A DNA stretch of 64,000 nt from the IMG/VR virus record IMGVR_UViG_3300037258_000046, positions 1 to 64,000 of that record, one strand, 5' to 3'. This DNA comes from a virus. Position 1 is the first letter of the stretch, and the number at the start of each line of letters is the position of its first letter. Made by a program: the position numbers and the translations under genes. The notes beneath the pieces are model-generated. The model worked only from the letters and a program-made list of their open reading frames with translations. It was not told the origin of the DNA and did no database searches. Below are positions 19,260-28,034 of this stretch, one piece after another.

Positions 19260-19681
19260 ACGCCCGCCGGGATCTTCGACAGCAGCCCGATCAGCGTCGC
19301 GTTGTCGATCGACGTCGTCCTCGCCCCGACCTCGGCGCCCCCCTCGTTGTCGTCGTCGCCGATGCCGAGCGCTGCCAGCATCGCGCGCAGGCGGTCGCGC
19401 TGCTCCAGTCGCGCCGCGAGTCGCGCCATTGCCTCCTCGTCCGCGTCCGTCCAGTCGTGGCGCACGTGCTGCGCGATCACGACAACCTTGTGGCCGACAG
19501 GGAGCATCACGCGGCGCCAGTCGCGCGTCTCGACCGGCGCGGCCAGCTCGAACTCGATGCCCTTCGCGCGGCCATACGGCATCCGCGCGTCCAGATCGGT
19601 CAGCGTCGCCTTCGCGACGGTGCGCCGATGGTCGACCTCGACGGCATAGACGCCGCCGACGATCATGTCCTTGCGCTGCAT
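19256..19681 (-). CDS. hypothetical protein
   Basis: TGATG-coupled; MQRKDMIVGGVYAV. Confidence 0.6.
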   Translation of the reverse strand: MQRKDMIVGGVYAVEVDHRRTVAKATLTDLDARMPYGRAKGIEFELAAPVETRDWRRVMLPVGHKVVVIAQHVRHDWTDADEEAMARLAARLEQRDRLRAMLAALGIGDDDNEGGAEVGARTTSIDNATLIGLLSKIPAGV

Positions 19682-19884
19682 CAGTCCACCGTCCTCAGCT
19701 TCGAGATTGTCCGCTTCGCGCGCTTGCCGCTCGCGAGCCTCAGAGTCACCATCTGCCCATCGACCGCGATCACCACGCCGATCACGAGCGGCTGCCCCGC
19801 ACCGTGGCGGCCGCGGCTCGTGACCCACGCGCCGGGGACGATGCCACGCCCCCAGCGATCGTCTCTCGTGAGCAGCGAGCCCAT
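19681..19884 (-). CDS. small SH3-like protein
   Basis: TGATG-coupled. Confidence 0.5.
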   Translation of the reverse strand: MGSLLTRDDRWGRGIVPGAWVTSRGRHGAGQPLVIGVVIAVDGQMVTLRLASGKRAKRTISKLRTVD

Positions 19885-20636
19885 CAGAGCGCCGCCATCA
19901 CGCTGCGCCGCGTCGCCTTCTTCGCGACGTCGGCCCACACGTGGAAAGCGTTGTCGTAGCCCTTAGAGAACCGGCCGACCACCGTTGCGTCGTAGGCGGC
20001 GCGCCATGCGTCGGTCCCGTTGATCGTCGCCGTCACGTCGAGCCCGAACGCGTCTACCAGCTCGTCAACCTTGAGCGCCAGCGAGTGCGCGCGCGGCACC
20101 TTCGCCAGCTCCTTCTCCAGCTTGGCAGCCCCGCGTGCTGCCTTGCGCGCCTCGACCTCGGCGCGCGAGTGAGCCTTCCGCTGCTCCGTCGTCATCTGCG
20201 CGACCGGCGCCGTCGGATAGCAGACCGTGCACGCCGTCATCGCGATCTCGGCGATGATCTCCGCCTCGCTCTTGCCCGACAGCCACGTCTGCCACGTAAA
20301 GCTCGTATCCCACCGGCAGGTCGAGCAGTCCATCGTCCGGTGCACGTGGCCGCCGTGAGCGGTGCAGAAGAACGCGCGCTCCCAGCCGCCGCGGCGATCG
20401 AACTCTGCGTTGAGGGGAGCCATCTGCTCGCGCAGCTCCGCGAGCTTCGCGGCGTGCTCTTCGAGCCGTGCTGTGCGCTCCGCCAGCTCGCGCTCGCTCT
20501 CGGCGCGCCACGGCATCCGCGGCTTGCTGTCGGCTGCCTGCCATGCGCGTCGCTGCTGGACCTTCCCGTGCAGCTCCGCGAGCTGCTCGTCGATCTCGGG
20601 AGGGGTCTGCTCTGTGATCGGTGTCGTGGTGGTCAT
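19884..20636 (-). CDS. conserved actinophage early protein, Zn-binding (HVHRTMDCSTC...CTVCYP)
   Basis: ATG 20636 after leader and AAGGAG. Confidence 0.75.
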   Translation of the reverse strand: MTTTTPITEQTPPEIDEQLAELHGKVQQRRAWQAADSKPRMPWRAESERELAERTARLEEHAAKLAELREQMAPLNAEFDRRGGWERAFFCTAHGGHVHRTMDCSTCRWDTSFTWQTWLSGKSEAEIIAEIAMTACTVCYPTAPVAQMTTEQRKAHSRAEVEARKAARGAAKLEKELAKVPRAHSLALKVDELVDAFGLDVTATINGTDAWRAAYDATVVGRFSKGYDNAFHVWADVAKKATRRSVMAAL

Positions 20637-20699
20637 CGTCTGCTCCTTAGTTCCGGGTTGCGTTGCAAACTGTAGCACAACGCGGCCCGGACGTGTCAA
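20637..20699 (-). promoter_or_regulatory. strong early promoter TTGACA-N19-TACAGT-N7-GCAACCCG-SD
   Basis: -35 20694-99, -10 20669-74, box 20654-61. Confidence 0.8.
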
Positions 20700-20935
20700 G
20701 CAGATATCGGCGCTCCGTCGCCGTACTCCTCGATCGACTCGCGCACGAGATCCCCCCACGTCTGCCGTCGCGTCCAGCGCAGCATCCAGCCGTTCGGGAA
20801 CTGCGGCGATGTCACGCGCAGCTCGCGGATCGGGTCGCGGTAGCCCGCGCGCTCCAGGATCGCCGCGACGGCCTCCAGCGCCTCGTCCAGCTCGGCGTGA
20901 TGCTCGGCGAGAACGTCCTGCATGAAGTAGGCCAT
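20696..20935 (-). CDS. hypothetical protein
   Basis: TGATG-coupled. Confidence 0.55.
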   Translation of the reverse strand: MAYFMQDVLAEHHAELDEALEAVAAILERAGYRDPIRELRVTSPQFPNGWMLRWTRRQTWGDLVRESIEEYGDGAPISA

Positions 20936-21195
20936 CAGAGCGCCACCGCGTACGCGCTGCGCCGCACGAGTTCCTCGACCGCCTGCTTCCGCGTCGGCTC
21001 GGCGCACGCCTGCATCAGCGAGCCGTCGGCGAGCATGACCTGCCGCCACCAATGGCGATCGTGCGCGTAGCGCCGGTACACCTTCCCGAGCGGGCAGATC
21101 ACCGCGTCGCGGTCGTCGAGCACTCCGACGTTGCCGTCGACGTCGATCGAGACGCGCAGCCCCGGCCGTACGGTCAGCTTCGTGTAGCGCGCCAT
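20935..21195 (-). CDS. hypothetical protein
   Basis: Coupled ORF. Confidence 0.55.
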   Translation of the reverse strand: MARYTKLTVRPGLRVSIDVDGNVGVLDDRDAVICPLGKVYRRYAHDRHWWRQVMLADGSLMQACAEPTRKQAVEELVRRSAYAVAL

Positions 21196-21196
21196 G

Positions 21197-21508
21197 TCAG
21201 ATCCCCAGCGCGCGGCGCTCGGCCTGCCAGAAGCGGCAGATGGGCCCGGTGTACTTCTGCTCCGTGTAGAGCGGCGAGTCGACGATCGCGCGCACCGCCT
21301 CGTTGCCCTTCGCCAGATGGTTGTCGATCGCGCGGCGCGTCGCTGCCGCGTTGCGGCCGGTCAGCGAGCCGTTGCCCATGCGCCGGTCGATCGACGTCAG
21401 TCCGTTCGTCGCGCGCTGGAGCTGCCCTTCGAGCCGCAGCATCTCGCGGACGTCCTGGAAGCTCGGCTCGCTCGTCTGTGTCTGTGTCTGTGTCTGTGTC
21501 GTGGTCAT
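21197..21508 (-). CDS. hypothetical protein with N-terminal (TQ)4 encoded by an ACACAG microsatellite
   Basis: ATG 21508 after leader; (TGTCTG)n at ~21474-21500. Confidence 0.65.
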   Translation of the reverse strand: MTTTQTQTQTQTSEPSFQDVREMLRLEGQLQRATNGLTSIDRRMGNGSLTGRNAAATRRAIDNHLAKGNEAVRAIVDSPLYTEQKYTGPICRFWQAERRALGI

Positions 21509-21563
21509 CGTCTGCTCCTGTCGTCGTCGGGTTGCGTTGCAAACTGTAGCACAACGCAACCCG
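21509..21563 (-). promoter_or_regulatory. early-type promoter with a 12-bp inverted repeat flanking the -10
   Basis: cgggttgcgttg 21528-39 / caacgcaacccg 21552-63; -10 21543-48. Confidence 0.75.
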
Positions 21564-21574
21564 CGATGCGTCCG

Positions 21575-21952
21575 TCAGCTCGCCCATCTCGGCGACTTCG
21601 GCTCGCCGACGGTCGAGTACTCGCCGTCCATCGGCCACGGGCTCCAGTCGCGCAGGTCCGGGTACGCCTCCAGAATCAGCTCGCGCGCCTCCGCGTACAG
21701 CGCGGCGCGGCGCAGCTCGCACGCCTCGACGCGCTCCGGAGATCCCGGGCGCATGCGCTCGATCTCCTCGGGCAGCGGCCGCGCCGTGACGAGCCCCCAG
21801 CGCTCGCCGTCGACGGTGCGGACGGTCGAGTGTCCCGCGTAGCGCTCCCACGCGCGGTACACGTGCACGCGCGTGGTGAGGATATGCGTGCGGGTCACGA
21901 GCCGCTCGCCGACAGCGACGTGGGAGGGGATCGAATCAGTGATGGTGGGCAT
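21575..21952 (-). CDS. hypothetical protein
   Basis: AAAGGAG RBS; MPTITDSIPSHV. Confidence 0.6.
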   Translation of the reverse strand: MPTITDSIPSHVAVGERLVTRTHILTTRVHVYRAWERYAGHSTVRTVDGERWGLVTARPLPEEIERMRPGSPERVEACELRRAALYAEARELILEAYPDLRDWSPWPMDGEYSTVGEPKSPRWAS

Positions 21953-21968
21953 GATTGGCAAGCTCCTT

Positions 21969-22439
21969 TCAGAACTCGTCGTGGTAGCAGGATGCGCGGT
22001 AGGCGGCTTCGCCGACCTCGTCGCAATACACGTTCGTGCGCTCGCCCTTGACCCACACCTTCGAGCCGCGCTTGAAGACGCGCCGGACGGTGTAGGTGTC
22101 ATCGAAGGCTAGGTCGACGGTCACGCTGTAGCCGTGAGCGACCGGGAGAGTAATCCCCGTCTCGCGGACGCCGACGCGGCCGCCGCTGATGCCGAGCACG
22201 TTCATGCGCCCGATCTGCGCGACGATCGTCTTGGCGTCGGCGCGATCGTCGAACTCCTGCGCCGCCGCCTCCTCCGTCTCGCCGACGAACTTCTTGTGGA
22301 TCGCCAGCGCGATGTCCTTCGTGTCGATCCCGGTCTGCTCGCTCGCGACGGCCAGCGCTTGCTCGACCGTGGCGCCCGCGTTGCGGCGGCTGTAGAAGTG
22401 ATCGACTGCGGCGGGGAGAAGGTTGCTAGTGATGGTCAT
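21969..22439 (-). CDS. conserved actinophage early protein (QIGRMNVLGISGG...DDTYTVRR)
   Basis: ATG 22439 after leader. Confidence 0.7.
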   Translation of the reverse strand: MTITSNLLPAAVDHFYSRRNAGATVEQALAVASEQTGIDTKDIALAIHKKFVGETEEAAAQEFDDRADAKTIVAQIGRMNVLGISGGRVGVRETGITLPVAHGYSVTVDLAFDDTYTVRRVFKRGSKVWVKGERTNVYCDEVGEAAYRASCYHDEF

Positions 22440-22508
22440 GTCGGGCTCCTTGTCGTTCGTTCCGGGTTGCGTTGCAAACTGTAGCACATCTCCCGGCCGA
22501 GCTGTCAA
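22440..22508 (-). promoter_or_regulatory. strong early promoter TTGACA-N19-TACAGT-N7-GCAACCCG-SD
   Basis: -35 22503-08, -10 22478-83, box 22463-70. Confidence 0.8.
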
Positions 22509-22568
22509 GAGTCGCTCGACGAATTGCGGGCGCGCCGCAGACCATCGCGACGCGCCCGCTTCGCTACC

Positions 22569-23093
22569 TCAGCCGCCGCACTCCGGCACCGTGACCGGCC
22601 ACGCCAGCCGATGCCCCGGCTCCCAATAGTCGAACACGGCCACCTGCTCAGCAGGCGTCGCGACGACAGACCCCGCGAGCGGATCCTGCGGGTCGCTGCT
22701 CAACGGCCAATCCTCACCCATGTCGGCCGTCGCCTCGTCCCACGTCGACGGCTCGAACTGAAAGCCGCCCATGAATCCGTTCCCCGTGTTGATCGTCCAA
22801 TCGTCGGTGCTCTCGTGCTCGAAGACGCACGACGCGAGCGCCGACATCGACGGCGCCGCGTCAGTCTCGACAACGACGGCCGCCGCGTGAGCCTCTGCGC
22901 GAGCATCCGCGCGCAACGCGATCCGACAATGCCAGCGGTCGAGGTGATGCGACCGACGGCAGGCGTGGCGTGCTACCCGAACGATGCAGCCCCGATGCGG
23001 GCCGCAGTGCTTCTCCTGATGATGAACGCTGCCAGCTACACCGAATCCGGCGAGCAGTGCAACGAATGTGAAAGCGAGTCGGTGGACTTCAAC
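22569..23093 (-). CDS. Rpf-like (resuscitation-promoting factor) transglycosylase; start uncertain
   Basis: CVFEHES..WTINTGNGFMGGFQFEPSTW...ATPAEQVAV...AWP..CG; the frame extends upstream of TTG 22916 through a signal-like segment. Confidence 0.8.
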   Translation of the reverse strand, partial: VEVHRLAFTFVALLAGFGVAGSVHHQEKHCGPHRGCIVRVARHACRRSHHLDRWHCRIALRADARAEAHAAAVVVETDAAPSMSALASCVFEHESTDDWTINTGNGFMGGFQFEPSTWDEATADMGEDWPLSSDPQDPLAGSVVATPAEQVAVFDYWEPGHRLAWPVTVPECGG

Positions 23094-23143
23094 CGGCCTC
23101 CTCTTCGTTTTCGCGTCGTGACCACGACGCCGGGCGCCGAGCG

Positions 23144-23578
23144 CTAGTCGCTCGACCCTTCCGGGGTGACCTGCTCCCCCGAAGCTGTGATGGTGGCGCT
23201 GCCGTCTGTCAGCCGCTCAAGCCATGCCGAGCGGTGGGCGCGCATCTCCAGGATCAGGTTCGCGATCTGCTCCAGCTCGAAGCCGCTCGCTTTCAGGTAC
23301 GCGACGAACGCCGCATCGCGCTCAGCCTCGACCGCGGCGTCGAGCACGATCAGCGCGTGCATCCGCGCCTGCGGCGTCGACCACGACCACGACACCTCAC
23401 CGGAGCGCAAGTGCACCTCGGGCAGCAGGTCGGAGTCGCGCACGATCGGGTCGACCCTGATCATGTCGCCGATCCCGGGCGCCGCGTTCATCTGCTCCGC
23501 CAGCAGCGACTCCAGCGACCGCACGCGCGCGATCAGCTCCGCCTTCGACATGCCTCGCAGCTCGGCGCGCGCGCTCAT
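23144..23578 (-). CDS. hypothetical protein
   Basis: ATG 23578; MSARAELRGMSKAEL. Confidence 0.6.
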   Translation of the reverse strand: MSARAELRGMSKAELIARVRSLESLLAEQMNAAPGIGDMIRVDPIVRDSDLLPEVHLRSGEVSWSWSTPQARMHALIVLDAAVEAERDAAFVAYLKASGFELEQIANLILEMRAHRSAWLERLTDGSATITASGEQVTPEGSSD

Positions 23579-23698
23579 GCTTTGCGCTCCGCTCTCGGGC
23601 ATGCGAGCGCGAGCCGCAGCGCGTGCCACCATCGAGCCCGTCTCGGGAAGTTCGGGTGTCCGCGCACGTGGCGGAAGCACTCCCCACAGAAGCGCCGA

Positions 23699-24310
23699 CT
23701 ATTCATCGCCGCACCGCATGCCGTGACCGAAGCGCCGCTCGAACTCGCGCCACGGCATCCAGACGCCGCTCTTGAAGAACCCCCACTCGCGCTGTAGCGC
23801 GCCCATCGCCACGATCGTCCACGCGCCGCTCGAATGCACGCGCGTCCGGTGCCGATGCTCCGCAGCCCGGTAGCGAACCATCCCCGCGCGCATCGTCTCG
23901 CGCAGCGTCACGCCGTCGCCGTCGCAGATCCCGCAGACCTTCTCCTCCCACCGCGGCTCCGTTCCGTACAGCCACATCGACCGGCACGAGCAGACCGGCA
24001 GACCGACGTCGGTGCGTCCCGGCATCGGCGGAGCGAGCTTGCACAGCGCGCAGACGCGCCAGCGCGCCTCCCCAGCGCAGAACGGACACGGCGCCATGTC
24101 GTCATAGGCGCCGCGCAGCACGAACGTCAGGAACGGCCGCGGGTGATCGTGCACCGCGCGATCGTCAGCGTTCGGCAGGAACCGATGAACCATCAGCTTC
24201 CCCACGCGCGGCCCGAGATTGAGCAGCGTCCAGCGATGCAGCAGCGGGCACTCCGGCGGCCCGATCACCTCGCGCCGCAGAGGCCAATACCCGGTCAGCG
24301 AATGGATCAC
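23699..24310 (-). CDS. cupin-like protein with inserted Cys-rich zinc finger
   Basis: VHRFLPNADDRAVHDHPRPF...HRHR...REWGF; CPFC/CALC/CSC/CGIC insertion. Confidence 0.7.
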   Translation of the reverse strand: MIHSLTGYWPLRREVIGPPECPLLHRWTLLNLGPRVGKLMVHRFLPNADDRAVHDHPRPFLTFVLRGAYDDMAPCPFCAGEARWRVCALCKLAPPMPGRTDVGLPVCSCRSMWLYGTEPRWEEKVCGICDGDGVTLRETMRAGMVRYRAAEHRHRTRVHSSGAWTIVAMGALQREWGFFKSGVWMPWREFERRFGHGMRCGDE

Positions 24311-24543
24311 GGGAGCGGCCACCGCGCGATCACGCCGTCGGCCTCTTCGTCCGGTCGGTTGTAGTAGCGCGTCAGCATCGCCTTCACGTCCGCATCGGTC
24401 CAGCGCCGCTCGCCGCGGATCTCGTCCTCGGCGTCCAGGATCGCGTCGATCAGGGGATCGGCGAGCGTGCCGAGCCCCGGTGCGATGCCGTCGAGTCGAT
24501 CTCGCCACGCCGCACGCCGCGGCGCGTCGGTTGCTTGTGCCAT
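24307..24543 (-). CDS. hypothetical protein
   Basis: GAGGAGG RBS after leader. Confidence 0.7.
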   Translation of the reverse strand: MAQATDAPRRAAWRDRLDGIAPGLGTLADPLIDAILDAEDEIRGERRWTDADVKAMLTRYYNRPDEEADGVIARWPLP

Positions 24544-24582
24544 CGTCGCCTCCTCAGTCGGGTTGCGCGACGGAAGGTAGCA
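24544..24582 (-). promoter_or_regulatory. early-type promoter/leader TGC-TACCTT-N7-GCAACCCG-SD
   Basis: -10 24574-79, box 24559-66; lies inside the upstream ORF's 3' end. Confidence 0.7.
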
Positions 24583-24799
24583 GCTCCTCGATCGGCACGT
24601 CCTCCTGCGAGCGGCGCGCGACCATCCTCGAATTGTAGGTGCGCGTCTCGGCTTCCTTGTCGAGCGACACGCGGATCTCGTCCATCCGCTGCTTGCAGCC
24701 CGGGCACAAGAACGACTTCGGCGCGCGCTCGTTCTTGCAGTTGAAGCCGCCGCAGATGTTGCCCTTGCGCTTGCTCGGCGCGAATGCCCCGCGGCTCAC
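24554..24799 (-). CDS. small zinc-finger protein
   Basis: CGGFNC...LCPGC. Confidence 0.5.
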   Translation of the reverse strand: MSRGAFAPSKRKGNICGGFNCKNERAPKSFLCPGCKQRMDEIRVSLDKEAETRTYNSRMVARRSQEDVPIEELLPSVAQPD

Positions 24800-25098
24800 C
24801 CGGGCCCCAGCTCGTGAACGGTTCCCTTCTCCGCTTCCCGGTAGTGCGGGTGACAGAGCGGATGGCCGTGCGACGGGTGCACATGCCACGAGATCCTCTT
24901 GCAGCCGTCGACGTGACACTCGTGGAGCTGCTTCCAGTGAGAGAACGCCTTCCGCGCTCCCCACGCCACGACCGCCAGCGAGATCAGCCACTCGACCCAC
25001 TGCTGCGCGTCGCTCTCGACGCCGCTCCAGAGCTGATAGCCGTTGCCGTGCAGCGGGTGCGCGACGCCGCCGCCGAGGAATGCGAGCACGAGATGCAC
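24796..25098 (-). CDS. membrane protein with His/Cys motif
   Basis: GYQLWSG, TM helix, CHVDGCKRI...HPLCHPH. Confidence 0.6.
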   Translation of the reverse strand: MHLVLAFLGGGVAHPLHGNGYQLWSGVESDAQQWVEWLISLAVVAWGARKAFSHWKQLHECHVDGCKRISWHVHPSHGHPLCHPHYREAEKGTVHELGPG

Positions 25099-25127
25099 GC
25101 CCGCAGGGTAGACCGGGCCCCCGACGT

Positions 25128-25409
25128 CTAGAACAGCTTCGGGTGCTCCTCACGACCCACGTGCGCGCGCTTGCCGTACTCCTTGCAGGTCGAGTGATGC
25201 GGCGTCCAGGTCTGCGGCACCATCTCGTCAGCGACCGCGGCGAGCGCCTGCGCGTGGTTCGGCCACTTCCGCGCGAAGCCGTCCTCGCCGACCGTGACGG
25301 TCCCGGCCTCGTTGTTGGGCTCAGCGTCGAGCGGGATGCGGTTCTGATTGATCGTCGCGACCCACCGCATCATCAGCCCGCAGTCGCGGCACGGCTCCAT
25401 GCGCGCCAT
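25128..25409 (-). CDS. zinc-finger protein (CRDCG...IPLD...HHSTC)
   Basis: Typical phage CxxC...HxxxC family. Confidence 0.6.
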   Translation of the reverse strand: MARMEPCRDCGLMMRWVATINQNRIPLDAEPNNEAGTVTVGEDGFARKWPNHAQALAAVADEMVPQTWTPHHSTCKEYGKRAHVGREEHPKLF

Positions 25410-25629
25410 CAGCTCACCCGCACCCATCCCTCGACGAGCTGCTGCCGCGTCCGCCAGACCGCGCGGACGCCGCCGTACATCTGCCCGCCGCTCTGCGCGT
25501 CGCTCACGTCGAGCCCGAGCGGATACAGCCTGATCCCCCAGCGCGACTCCTCCACGGCCACGATCCGCCACAGACGCCCGCAGCCTCGCCGCGGGCGCCA
25601 TACCTGATGAAGCGCTGGACCGTCTGTCG

Positions 25630-25920
25630 TCACTGGCACATCTCGCAGCGATCGTCTGGCGGGCAGCCCACGCGCCCCGTCGCCGCCCAATGTTCGAGGG
25701 CGTAGGGATCGACGCCGAACGCGTCCGCCTCCGTCCACTCCTCCGGCGGCAGGTCAGCCCGACACACCGAAAACGCCGCGCCGAAGATCCCCACGCTCGG
25801 ATCGTCGGGCTCGAAGTCAATCACCTCGAAGCGTCCGGTGATCTTGCACGACAGGCCACCGGACGTCGTGGCCGGAAAGTCGACGAAGTCGAACTCGCGC
25901 CCGACGAGCGGCGCGCTCAT
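25630..25920 (-). CDS. hypothetical protein
   Basis: ATGA-coupled. Confidence 0.5.
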   Translation of the reverse strand: MSAPLVGREFDFVDFPATTSGGLSCKITGRFEVIDFEPDDPSVGIFGAAFSVCRADLPPEEWTEADAFGVDPYALEHWAATGRVGCPPDDRCEMCQ

Positions 25921-26789
25921 GCGACCACCGCGACTTCCAGCAGCTCCGCCTTCGAGGGGCGCATGAAGAACCCGAAGCTCTCGTCGTCGCGGCTGGCCTC
26001 GACCGTCGCCGTGAACGTCACGCGCGAGCCCTTCTCGACGCCCGGGATCTCCTGATACATGCCGTCTGCGTCGTGGAAGCGCGACATCTCGATCGCGGCC
26101 GGAACGCTCCCCCACACCTTGAAGCCGCGGTCGTCACGGACGAGCATCTTGTGCTGCTCGCCGTAGTCGCTCGTCTGCCACTTCTCCGAGAGCACCTCGC
26201 CCGTGATCACGATGCGACCCTCGACCACCGGCGCCGTCGGCTCCGGCGCCACGTCCTCGGCGAGCAGGTCGCGAGCCATCGTGCGCATGATCGCCGCGAC
26301 GTAGCGGTCGCTCGTCGAGCCGTAGTTGCGGACCTTCTGCGCGAACTTGTGGCAGAACTCGGACGGGTGATCAGCGGCGAAGCCGAACGCCACCTCGCGG
26401 TCCGGGTCGATCGCGAACCACCGCAGCCGGATCGTCTTGATGCGCTGCGCTGCGCGGTCAAGCTCGGCGCGCTTGCGCATCGCGTGGAACTCGCCGGTCG
26501 CGCGCTCGAAGCGATTGTCTAGGCACGTCTCGCCGACGCGGATCAGCTCGCCCGTCGGCAGGTATTCCATCACCGCGTAGTAGCGGATGCGCGCGCCGCA
26601 GTGATAGCAGCTCCCCGCGCTGTAGTTCTCGCCGAACTTCTTGCCGTCTGCCGTCGCCGCGCGAATCGTCGGGTCGATGTAGGCAGGCTCGCCGTCAGCG
26701 CCGCCGAAGTCGCCGCAGCCGACGAACTCGTAATCCTCAGTGACTAGGTTCTTTGGGGCGTGGACGTCGGTGCGAATGTTGCGTGTCAT
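25917..26789 (-). CDS. Zn-finger plus C-terminal OB-fold protein
   Basis: CYHCG...VGETC; RIVITGEVLSEK...KMLVRDDRGFKVWGSVP...GSRVTFTATV. Confidence 0.7.
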   Translation of the reverse strand: MTRNIRTDVHAPKNLVTEDYEFVGCGDFGGADGEPAYIDPTIRAATADGKKFGENYSAGSCYHCGARIRYYAVMEYLPTGELIRVGETCLDNRFERATGEFHAMRKRAELDRAAQRIKTIRLRWFAIDPDREVAFGFAADHPSEFCHKFAQKVRNYGSTSDRYVAAIMRTMARDLLAEDVAPEPTAPVVEGRIVITGEVLSEKWQTSDYGEQHKMLVRDDRGFKVWGSVPAAIEMSRFHDADGMYQEIPGVEKGSRVTFTATVEASRDDESFGFFMRPSKAELLEVAVVA

Positions 26790-27117
26790 CGTGGGCTCCA
26801 GTCGTCTCGGGTTGCGCTGCAAACTGTAGCACAACCGTCGGCGTGTGTGTCAAGTCCTCGATCGCCCCGCAGAGCGGGCACGGCGCGCGCTCTCTCCCGC
26901 CCTCCGGGTTGCGCATCCGGGCCCCACACTCGCACTCCCGCCACGCATGCCCGGCGTACACGTACGCGCCGCGCACGAGCCGATACAGGGCCCTCCCGGG
27001 CCCCGGCCGGTCGAAGCACATGCCGCCCGAGCGCCGCTCGCCAATCCAGACGAACGGCGCCCGAGCGCACGCATCAAGCCCGTCGTGCGGGCCGCCCACT
27101 ACAGCGACCCGCGGCAC
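26737..27117 (-). CDS. hypothetical Zn-finger protein (VGGPHDG; CECG; CPLCG)
   Basis: Starts right after the upstream stop; the C-terminus runs through the next promoter. Confidence 0.45.
   Translation of the reverse strand: MPRVAVVGGPHDGLDACARAPFVWIGERRSGGMCFDRPGPGRALYRLVRGAYVYAGHAWRECECGARMRNPEGGRERAPCPLCGAIEDLTHTPTVVLQFAAQPETTGAHDDTQHSHRRPRPKEPSH
26790..26853 (-). promoter_or_regulatory. strong early promoter TTGACA-N19-TACAGT-N7-GCAACCCG-SD
   Basis: -35 26848-53, -10 26823-28, box 26808-15. Confidence 0.8.
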
Positions 27118-27118
27118 C

Positions 27119-27994
27119 TCAGCTCGCCGGGACCGACGGCACCTTCGCCGCGTCCGCCAGCAGCTTCGACCAGTCCACGCCGTTGATCGTCCGCGACTTC
27201 TGGCCGAGCTGGTCATGCGTGAGCACAAAAAATCCCTGCACCGCGTACGCGTGGTCGAAGTCGTTGTCCTCGACCAGCTCCGAGCCCCACGTCACGACCA
27301 GCAGCCCGTTCTGATCGTAGGAGCGCAACGGAATGTCGTGATAGCCCCACGAGCCGACCGCGCTGTCGCCCTTGAGCTTCGGATCGACCAGCTCCCACTC
27401 GCCGCTCGCCGTCTGCTTCTGCGCCGTCATCGGCAGCCCGACCGCCCGGAAGCAGACCATGAACTCGTAGATCGCGAGCTGCGTCAGCGCGAGCTGCGAC
27501 GGGTCGACATAGACGGAGACGGGCGCCTTGTGCCGCGTCTTGTTCGCCTGACAGTAGATCCCCGGGTTCTTCCAATACTGCGAGAGCACCTTGTTATCGG
27601 TGCCCTGATCGGTGTCCGGATCACCGGGCACGTAGCCGCCCACGTGCTCGTAGAGCCGCTCCGCGTCCTCGTCGACGAACTGCACGTGCGCCTCGCCCTC
27701 GATCGCGCGCATCGCCTCGATGCCGTGGCAGGCCATCGCCTCGCCGCAGTCGCCGAGCGTGTCGTTCATCAGCATTCCCCACGGGTAGCCCGGCAGGTCG
27801 CGATGCACCGCGGGCGGCAGCGTCTCGGCGATGTTGTCGGGGTCCGCCGTCAGGTAGTCCGACAGGTCCAGGTCGGGCTCGTGCGGCTTCGTGATCGGCC
27901 CGTTCACACGCAGGCGCTCCGGATGCTTGAGCGCCGGGTGAAGCGTGCGGTCGATGCTGCGCAGGGAGAAAGATGCGTCGCGCTCGCCACTCAT
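27119..27994 (-). CDS. papain-like cysteine peptidase, candidate endolysin
   Basis: WGMLMNDTLGDC (catalytic Cys), GGYVPGDPDTDQG, WGYHDIP..YD...VVTWG (catalytic His). Confidence 0.7.
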   Translation of the reverse strand: MSGERDASFSLRSIDRTLHPALKHPERLRVNGPITKPHEPDLDLSDYLTADPDNIAETLPPAVHRDLPGYPWGMLMNDTLGDCGEAMACHGIEAMRAIEGEAHVQFVDEDAERLYEHVGGYVPGDPDTDQGTDNKVLSQYWKNPGIYCQANKTRHKAPVSVYVDPSQLALTQLAIYEFMVCFRAVGLPMTAQKQTASGEWELVDPKLKGDSAVGSWGYHDIPLRSYDQNGLLVVTWGSELVEDNDFDHAYAVQGFFVLTHDQLGQKSRTINGVDWSKLLADAAKVPSVPAS

Positions 27995-28034
27995 TGCAGG
28001 TATGGCTCCTCGTACTCGATGGTGGGCGGCGCGC

